A stretch of 15,660 nucleotides of DNA from an uncultured archaeon. Lineage in GTDB: Archaea > Asgardarchaeota > Lokiarchaeia > Sigyniarchaeales > SOKP01. Within the stretch, counting starts at the first letter, position 1, and each line of letters begins with the position of its first letter. Below, piece after piece: positions 8,295 through 15,026 of the stretch. The notes beneath the pieces were generated by a model. That model was not told the DNA's origin. It made no database searches and saw only the letters and a list, made by a program, of their open reading frames with translations. A program made the translations under genes and the position numbers. The DNA is taken from positions 1-15,660 of the forward strand of contig CAZBPC010000079.1 of the NCBI GenBank assembly GCA_964493715.1, written 5' to 3'.

Positions 8295-8750
8295 ATGTCA
8301 CTTGATACCAAATCATTCGATAACATTTTATCAAAAATTATCAAATCTGAAAGTGGAATTAAAAAAGTAATATTAGTTGATAGAACAGGATTGACAATCG
8401 CGAGTGTTTCAAAATTTTCGTATTTTCCAGCTGATGTTGATGGGATCGGTGCTATCGCGAGTGCGGTGTTCTGTGCGAGCGAAGAACAAGGAAAGAACCT
8501 GGAACTTGGCGATCTGGAGATAGTTACGTCAGAATTTGGCGGCGGCAAAATTTTTGCATCTAGTTGTGGTCCAAAGGGGGTATTGACACTGATTTCTGAT
8601 CCTGAAATTAATATTGGTTTGATTCGACTCATATTAAAACGTTCAGGAGACGAATTAAAGGAGATTTTAGATGAGTTCTTGGCAGATATTCCAGATACGT
8701 TAGATAGTGGCTTGGATCTCTCTGATTTAGATTCCCTTACACCCGATTAA
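8295..8750 (+). CDS. Roadblock/LC7 (MglB/LAMTOR2-like) domain protein with an acidic C-terminal tail
   Basis: Classic roadblock pattern: GIKKVILVDRTGLTIAS, IGAIASAVF..SEEQGKNLELGDLEIVTSEF..GKIF, VLTLISDPEINIGLIRLIL. Tail DIPDTLDSGLDLSDLDSLTPD. Good RBS. Confidence 0.93.
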   Translation: MSLDTKSFDNILSKIIKSESGIKKVILVDRTGLTIASVSKFSYFPADVDGIGAIASAVFCASEEQGKNLELGDLEIVTSEFGGGKIFASSCGPKGVLTLISDPEINIGLIRLILKRSGDELKEILDEFLADIPDTLDSGLDLSDLDSLTPD

Positions 8751-8758
8751 ATACGAGC

Positions 8759-8776
8759 TTTTTATTTCTCATTTTC
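8759..8776 (+). terminator. Possible archaeal oligo-T terminator after the roadblock gene
   Basis: TTTTTATTTCTCATTTTC begins 8 nt after the stop codon. Pyrimidine/T tract with no hairpin. Confidence 0.35.
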
Positions 8777-8962
8777 ATATCAATAAATAATTTTTAAATG
8801 AATTTTTAATCCAAAGATTTGTATTCTTTAATCCTCTGTAATGTTTTCATATAAAATAATTATTAAATCTTTTATCACTCTTAGATTGAAATAGTCATTT
8901 TTCGCTCTCTAGAAGAACATTATCTTTTTTAGCCTGATTTTCCATTATTCATATGACAAATT

Positions 8963-9250
8963 ATGTTTAATCATGATGATGATACCAAACACGCAATTAG
9001 CGTGGCAGCTTATTTATTTGCTGAAAAAGGAATACCTTTTGATGATTTATGCTGGATGTTAGCCGAAAGACAACTATACCTTCAGAATGATTTTCAAAAG
9101 GTAGATGAGAACTCAATCGCGCAAAGAGCAGCTGAGATTTATTATACTTCCCCTTCTTATGATATTCTCTGTTGGTTAATTTCAGAAGTAGATTTAACTT
9201 TGAAGCGTGCCAATTATCTAGGTCATCCAAAACCATACTTTATACTATAA
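8963..9250 (+). CDS. Small helical protein with two internal DUF2934-like repeats
   Basis: Internal duplication: AISVAAYLFAEKGIPFDDLCWMLAERQL versus SIAQRAAEIYYTSPSYDILCWLISEVDL. The pattern I-x3-AY-x3-E..W-x2-AE-x2-L recalls DUF2934. Confidence 0.7.
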   Translation: MFNHDDDTKHAISVAAYLFAEKGIPFDDLCWMLAERQLYLQNDFQKVDENSIAQRAAEIYYTSPSYDILCWLISEVDLTLKRANYLGHPKPYFIL

Positions 9251-9256
9251 GAAATC

Positions 9257-9433
9257 ATGCGTTTTGAAATAGAAAAGAGATTACATAGAGTAAAAATAAG
9301 CTTCAAGAAAGGAGAAGTGAAATGCCCCAAAGCTTCTCAGTGTGATAAAGCTGAAAGTAGTATGAGATGCAACTTATATTTTTCCAAGTGTAGCAGGTTT
9401 AAAATATATTATGATGATAATCATAAGAGATAA
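9257..9433 (+). CDS. Unannotated 58-aa basic four-cysteine protein (putative Zn or Fe-S binding)
   Basis: Manual translation: MRFEIEKRLHRVKISFKKGEVKCPKASQCDKAESSMRCNLYFSKCSRFKIYYDDNHKR*. The ATG is 6 nt after the previous stop and the ORF fills most of the gap before the SDR. Spacing C-x5-C-x8-C-x6-C. Absent from the ORF track, probably because of its length. Confidence 0.6.
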   Translation: MRFEIEKRLHRVKISFKKGEVKCPKASQCDKAESSMRCNLYFSKCSRFKIYYDDNHKR

Positions 9434-9491
9434 AATTCATAAGAAATAACTATCTGAATTATTTTAAATAATATGATTAAATGATAAAATT

Positions 9492-10292
9492 ATGGACTTA
9501 GGATTATCAAATAAAGTAGTACTGGTTTTAGCAGCAAGTAAAGGATTGGGCTTAGCTTGTGCTAAAAGTTTTTATAAAGAGGGAGCAAGTGTCGTTATCT
9601 GCAGTCGTTCGAGAGTAAATTTAGATCTTGCAAGAAAGGAAATCGAAAAGATAAATTCGAACAATTCTAACAGTATTATTGCAATCGAAGCAGATCTAAA
9701 TGATAAAGAACAGATCAAGTCTTTGATAGACTCTACAATTAAAGAATATGGTACAATAGATGTTTTGGTTCACAATGCGGGAGGACCTCCTTCAGCACCG
9801 ATCGACAATATTACTGAAAAAATGTGGCAAGATTCGATAAATTTGAACCTGCTATCTTTCATTAGAATATGTAAATCTATCATCCCAATAATGGAATCAC
9901 AACAATCCGGAAGAATTATTGCAATTACTTCCGTATCGGTAAAACAACCGCTTGAGAATTTAGTATTATCCAATACTGCACGTTTGGGTGTTGTTGGATA
10001 TGCCAAAACTTTAGCAAATGCATACGCGAAAGATAATATTCTTGTAAATGTTGTGTGTCCCGGTCCTACTCTTACTAATAGAATGAAAGAATTAATAAAA
10101 AAACAAGTAGATGAAACAGGTAAATCGGAAGGAGAAATTATGAGAAAGTGGGTTGATTCCATCCCTTTAGGTAGATTAGGAACCCCAGAAGAATTAGCTA
10201 ATCTTGTAGTATTTCTTTCATCTGCGAGAGCGAGTTATATCACTGGAACTGTAATCCAAGTCGATGGAGGATTTGTAAAAAGCTCACTTTAG
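9492..10292 (+). CDS. Short-chain dehydrogenase/reductase, FabG-like subfamily lacking the catalytic Tyr
   Basis: Rossmann variant VLAASKGLG, then CSRS, ADL, HNAGGPP, GRIIAITS, VNVVCPG..T, IPLGRLGTPEE, YITGTVIQVDGG. The YxxxK position reads SNTAR. Confidence 0.92.
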   Translation: MDLGLSNKVVLVLAASKGLGLACAKSFYKEGASVVICSRSRVNLDLARKEIEKINSNNSNSIIAIEADLNDKEQIKSLIDSTIKEYGTIDVLVHNAGGPPSAPIDNITEKMWQDSINLNLLSFIRICKSIIPIMESQQSGRIIAITSVSVKQPLENLVLSNTARLGVVGYAKTLANAYAKDNILVNVVCPGPTLTNRMKELIKKQVDETGKSEGEIMRKWVDSIPLGRLGTPEELANLVVFLSSARASYITGTVIQVDGGFVKSSL

Positions 10293-10485
10293 AATGTTAA
10301 GAAAATATCACTTCAATATTCCCGTAGTTTTTATTCGATAAATATTACATAGTATCAAATCGTTATAAAGAACATTTTTATACATTTACTATTATTATTG
10401 AATTATAATTTCGTTAACTATATAGTTACTTCATTAAATTAAATTAATTGAGTTATATTTATTATTATATAATTTAAAAGAGAGA

Positions 10486-12759
10486 TTGCTATTGAACGAG
10501 AAAAAGGAAAGATTTAACATTCTATTATTATCATTTACACTCATTTCCTTGGTAATTTTTCAATTCACTTTTACTACTTCTAATTATCAGATAATTAATG
10601 AACAAAAAAACGAAGAAATTTCTGATATAAATACTTCACTTCAAAATACCATTACAAAACAATGGATTAACAATTCTGCTTTCGAATCTCCAATAGAACC
10701 AACATGGTTTTGGGAAAATGGCGCTGAGGGAGATAATTCTGATTTGGATGCAATTACCACCCCAGGACAAGCCAATTTTCGCGTGCTTGGAGAAAAATTA
10801 ACTTTTACGCTAGTTTCGGGAGTTGTGAATTCAACCACATCACTAGGATGGAAACAATTTCGAAATGGGGATTTCCAATATCCTACTACGGCAGAAATAA
10901 CTTCAGTGGGTTGTGAAGTATATCACTATTGGCATGATGATACTAATCAAGCTCCAAGCGTCCATTGGAAAAAAAATGTGAGCGTTCCTGTAGATATGTC
11001 TGATTACGTTATTTCTTCAGCATCATTAGAGATTATATATAATGCTAGTGTTAATGCAGATATAGACACCCCAAACGACCCGGTTACTAACTTTGCAATT
11101 GGAGATTCTGTAACTTTTTATTCCCAAATTTCTGATTTAGGCTATAACCCACCAATCTATACAGTAGCAGAAAATAAAACAAAATATTTGGGTCAAGATT
11201 CACCTTCATTCTTGAGTTTTTCAGATCGAACCTTGGAAACTGCTAGTGAATTGGATTTGATAACTGCCCTTAATTCTGCATTTGAAAAAGATCCAGATCA
11301 TTCCAATTTTACTCTTACATTAGGAATGGATATCTATAGCGAGGATAATGAACCCGGAACTGATAATGATCATTTTGATTCTCTAATTATTAAATCTTGC
11401 AATTTAACTCTAACTGTAGAGAAAAAAATAGATCAATCGACTTCGTTATCATGGAATCAGATAGGAAATCAAATAAGTGGAAGTAATATTCAAATTACTG
11501 GGGCGAATTTTAATTTTAAATATAAAGTTGATAAAAATTGGCCCTCTCAAGCACCACTTTCGGAGATAAGATTTTATATAAACGATAAAGTTTACACTGA
11601 AGGTATAACAAAAATAAGTTCAGCAACAACCTCATTTCAAGAAGCTAAATTAGGTGGGTTTAATGTATTGGGATTTATTGAAAAAGATATAAACATTACA
11701 GTATCTATTGAGGTTTTTTTAAAAGATAATTTCGATTTGAATGAAACTATTGACATCTCGATTGATGATGTATATTTAAATATTACATATATTGAAACAC
11801 TTCCCGATTATGAAAGTGATTATGTATTATTTTTTAACTCAGTTGATAAGACTCTTGATCCCCTGCTCGAGGTTCCAATTGGGGAAGTAATAAATTTAAC
11901 TCTCAAATTCACGGATATCATGGGGACTCATTTAAGTGGGGCAGAAATTTTAATCACAGGAATTAGATTAAGAGAAAATTTAACTGAAAATGTAGCTTTA
12001 GAACAATATACAATTATGCTCAATACAACAGAAAGACTAGATTTAGGTGCGAATTTATTAACACTTACAGCTTTATATCCTGATTATCAAACAAAATTAG
12101 TATACCCAAGAATAACAGTTAGAAAAATAAATGCTGAAATTATCCCTACTTCAGGTTTAAATGTCGTTAACATTAAACCTGGAGAAAATGTGCCTTTGCA
12201 AATATGGTTGAATGATACTGATTATGGAAATAATATAACTGGGGCTGTTGTTACCTATTCATATTCAAATGGAGATGGAGTTCTCTCCGATCCTGATAAT
12301 GATGGAATATATGAAGGAATTATTCAAAATTTACTTCCTGGTTCCCATGTGGTCACTATAAATGCCCTTGTTGGAGATGATTATCAAGTTCAAAGTTTTC
12401 AATTAACTATAAATGCGCTTTCACCCCCAAATCCTCTTTTAGATTTGTTGATATATATTTTATTGGGAGCTATCGTGGTTGTGTCTGGAGGTATAGTATT
12501 ATACCAAACTCACTTTAAATATCCCCCAACTATCAGAAAGATCAGGAAATTAAAGAAGAAAATAAGAAAAGAGAAGAAATTGAAAAAAATCGAAATCAGT
12601 AATAGAGGAAATATTATTAGTAATAGAATAACGGAAAAAACTGCCCTAATTTATGTAGAACCTTCATTACCAATAATTAAAAAAGGACAATCAGATCAAA
12701 AGGGGATCAATACCAAAGATGCTCAGAATTTAAAAAATAAGGGGGGAGATTTTAAGTAA
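10486..12759 (+). CDS. Large secreted, C-terminally membrane-anchored cell-surface glycoprotein (paralog 1)
   Basis: Basic N-terminus plus hydrophobic helix (ILLLSFTLISLVIFQFTF). Acidic, beta-strand-rich ectodomain with more than 15 N-x-S/T sequons by eye and a DPDNDGIY motif. TM LLIYILLGAIVVVSGGIVLY, then QTHFKYPPTIRKIRKLKKKIRK. TTG start. Confidence 0.85.
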   Translation: MLLNEKKERFNILLLSFTLISLVIFQFTFTTSNYQIINEQKNEEISDINTSLQNTITKQWINNSAFESPIEPTWFWENGAEGDNSDLDAITTPGQANFRVLGEKLTFTLVSGVVNSTTSLGWKQFRNGDFQYPTTAEITSVGCEVYHYWHDDTNQAPSVHWKKNVSVPVDMSDYVISSASLEIIYNASVNADIDTPNDPVTNFAIGDSVTFYSQISDLGYNPPIYTVAENKTKYLGQDSPSFLSFSDRTLETASELDLITALNSAFEKDPDHSNFTLTLGMDIYSEDNEPGTDNDHFDSLIIKSCNLTLTVEKKIDQSTSLSWNQIGNQISGSNIQITGANFNFKYKVDKNWPSQAPLSEIRFYINDKVYTEGITKISSATTSFQEAKLGGFNVLGFIEKDINITVSIEVFLKDNFDLNETIDISIDDVYLNITYIETLPDYESDYVLFFNSVDKTLDPLLEVPIGEVINLTLKFTDIMGTHLSGAEILITGIRLRENLTENVALEQYTIMLNTTERLDLGANLLTLTALYPDYQTKLVYPRITVRKINAEIIPTSGLNVVNIKPGENVPLQIWLNDTDYGNNITGAVVTYSYSNGDGVLSDPDNDGIYEGIIQNLLPGSHVVTINALVGDDYQVQSFQLTINALSPPNPLLDLLIYILLGAIVVVSGGIVLYQTHFKYPPTIRKIRKLKKKIRKEKKLKKIEISNRGNIISNRITEKTALIYVEPSLPIIKKGQSDQKGINTKDAQNLKNKGGDFK

Positions 12760-12769
12760 CTCCATTAAG

Positions 12770-14980
12770 GTGAATATCGTGAATCGAAAACAAATAATTA
12801 GCACGTTATTACTGGGAATTTTAATAATTCAAATTTCTATGTTGGAGACTTATCCCCTAAATAGAAATGCTGTCTCTTATAATGAATCTATTGATGTTTT
12901 AAAACCATCTGGGTCGGATATTATTGAAACGCAATGGTTAAAGAACACGGATTTTTCTACTTTAGATGATTGGTTTATCTTAAAGGGAGAACAAGGTGAT
13001 AATTCGAGTATTGATGCAAATATAGATAACGGTCAAGCAAATTATGTCGTTATTGGAGATATTTATAATTTTCAAGTAACTTCCGGAAGTGCCAATTCCT
13101 CAACTTGGGATGGATGGGGAATTTATAATAACAGTGATTTTCTTTTACCCGATGTGGTTGAAATAAATAGCACTGGGTGTTATGTCTACCATTTCTTAGA
13201 TGAGGGTGAAAGCGGAGGAGCTGGTCAAGTACACAATTTCCCAAGTGTTCATTTCAGAAAAAATGTAAGTTTGCCTCATGATATGTCAGATTATAAAATT
13301 ACAACAGCTTCTCTAGAAGTGATTTTTAATGCAACTGTGGATTCTAATGTCGATGCTCCAGGTGACATAGTAGATCAATCAGCAATTTGGGATTCTGCTA
13401 CATTTTATGTCGAAATCGCGGATTTAAATATTAGTTATGCTTTCAGAGTCGCTGAAAATAAAACTTCTACTCTAGGTCAGGATTCTCCCCCAATTTTAAC
13501 TATTTCAGATCAGGAATTGACATATGTTAGTGAGAATGACTTAATTACAGCACTCAACTTAGCACTTGAAAAAGATCCAAACCATTCAGATTTTACTATT
13601 ACCATAGGTATTGATATTTATTGTGAAGATAACTTGTATACAGGAGTTGGTGATCTAGATAAATGGGATGCTCTCATAATTAATTCATTTAATTTAACAA
13701 TGAATTATGAGAGGAAAATTGAACAATTTACATCTTTATCGTGGAATCAAATCGGAAATCAATTAACGGGGGTAGATATAGAATTAATCAACGCAACTTT
13801 TAATTTTAATTATAAAATCGATGAATTGTGGCCTACAGCCTCCTCTCCGTTTTCTGAAATTGCTGTAATCATCAATAATAACAAACATTCTGAAACGATT
13901 AGATTAGATACAGCAAATACTACATTTCAAGAAGCAAAACAAGGAGGATTTGACGTCACTTCCTTAATTTCAAAAGATGTAAATATTTCCATCTCAATTC
14001 AAGTGTTAATAGCAAATACTTTTGGATTAGGAAAAAATATTACCTTATCAATTGATGATGTTGAATTAAACATTACTTACAGTCATGCATTTCCTGATAT
14101 CGAACCAGATCTACAAATATTCATCAATGGTGAAAATAAGACTACAGATCCTTTTATTGAAGTCCCTATTGGTGCGATTGTGAATGTTACAATTAGATAT
14201 TCTGATGATGTAGGGTCATTTATAGAAGGGGGGTTAGTCCGGTTAACAGGCATTGGGATATTAGAGGATTTAGAAGAAAACTCAATTCATCAACACTACA
14301 GCTATTTGATTAATTCAACAGAAAAACTCAGCCAAGGAACGAATCTTCTTACAATCACTACTCAAAAAATTAATTTTCAACCAAAAAATTTAGAATTTTC
14401 GATAGTTGTAAGGAAAATTGAAACGAAGGTTCAAAGTACTACCGGGAATGATATAATAAATATAAATCCTGGAGGTAATGTTAATTTACAAGTATATTTG
14501 AATGATACAGATATTAATCAACCAATCATTGGTGCTCTTGTATTATATGACTGGGATTTTGGTCAAGGGATTCTGAGAGATGATAATAATGATGGAACTT
14601 ACGTAGTAAATTTGTTGAACGTACCTGCAGGTTCTTACATTGTAACTATTTCCGTTTTTGGAAGTGAAGATTATGTATTCCATGAATATCAAATAACAAT
14701 AAATGCTATTAGTGGAATTACTACAGATTGGATTCCACTTATCATTATTCTCTCAGTTGGAATTTTAGGAATTATTGGCTTTTTTACATTATATCAAACT
14801 TACTTAAAATATCCTCCTTTAGTAAGAAAAATAAGGAAATTAAGAAAGAAAATAAGCAAGGGTAAAAAAATAAAACCGACAAATTCTATGAACAGAGAAT
14901 TACTTGTTGCAAAAAATCTACAAGATAAAATAAATCTCGCAGAATTTGAATCTATTCCAATAGAAAAGAGAAAAGAGTAA
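12770..14980 (+). CDS. Large secreted, C-terminally membrane-anchored cell-surface glycoprotein (paralog 2)
   Basis: Colinear with paralog 1 (GDNS..A..GQAN, PSVH.[KR]KNVS.P.DMSDY, VAENKT..LGQDSP, LITALN.A.EKDP.HS.FT, TSLSWNQIGNQ, FQEAK.GGF, DP..EVPIG). Signal-like N-terminus, DDNNDGTY motif, C-terminal TM plus KYPPLVRKIRKLRKKISK. The true start may be GTG 12779, since AGGTGA at 12768-12773 looks like its RBS. Confidence 0.85.
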   Translation: MNIVNRKQIISTLLLGILIIQISMLETYPLNRNAVSYNESIDVLKPSGSDIIETQWLKNTDFSTLDDWFILKGEQGDNSSIDANIDNGQANYVVIGDIYNFQVTSGSANSSTWDGWGIYNNSDFLLPDVVEINSTGCYVYHFLDEGESGGAGQVHNFPSVHFRKNVSLPHDMSDYKITTASLEVIFNATVDSNVDAPGDIVDQSAIWDSATFYVEIADLNISYAFRVAENKTSTLGQDSPPILTISDQELTYVSENDLITALNLALEKDPNHSDFTITIGIDIYCEDNLYTGVGDLDKWDALIINSFNLTMNYERKIEQFTSLSWNQIGNQLTGVDIELINATFNFNYKIDELWPTASSPFSEIAVIINNNKHSETIRLDTANTTFQEAKQGGFDVTSLISKDVNISISIQVLIANTFGLGKNITLSIDDVELNITYSHAFPDIEPDLQIFINGENKTTDPFIEVPIGAIVNVTIRYSDDVGSFIEGGLVRLTGIGILEDLEENSIHQHYSYLINSTEKLSQGTNLLTITTQKINFQPKNLEFSIVVRKIETKVQSTTGNDIININPGGNVNLQVYLNDTDINQPIIGALVLYDWDFGQGILRDDNNDGTYVVNLLNVPAGSYIVTISVFGSEDYVFHEYQITINAISGITTDWIPLIIILSVGILGIIGFFTLYQTYLKYPPLVRKIRKLRKKISKGKKIKPTNSMNRELLVAKNLQDKINLAEFESIPIEKRKE

Positions 14981-15026
14981 GAATTTAATTATTAAATAGA
15001 AATTATTAAAATAAAAGTGACAAATT

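Noticed and set aside
6330-10162. Minus-strand ORFs 6330-6587, 7746-7988, 8228-8632, 8997-9236 and 9770-10162
   Set aside because: Each lies antisense to a better-supported gene (receiver, coiled-coil protein, roadblock, repeat protein, SDR) and has no recognisable motif.
12420-14830. PGF-CTERM/Loki-CTERM archaeosortase signals on the surface proteins
   Set aside because: No PGF/PGY motif precedes the TM helices, and long cytoplasmic tails follow them.
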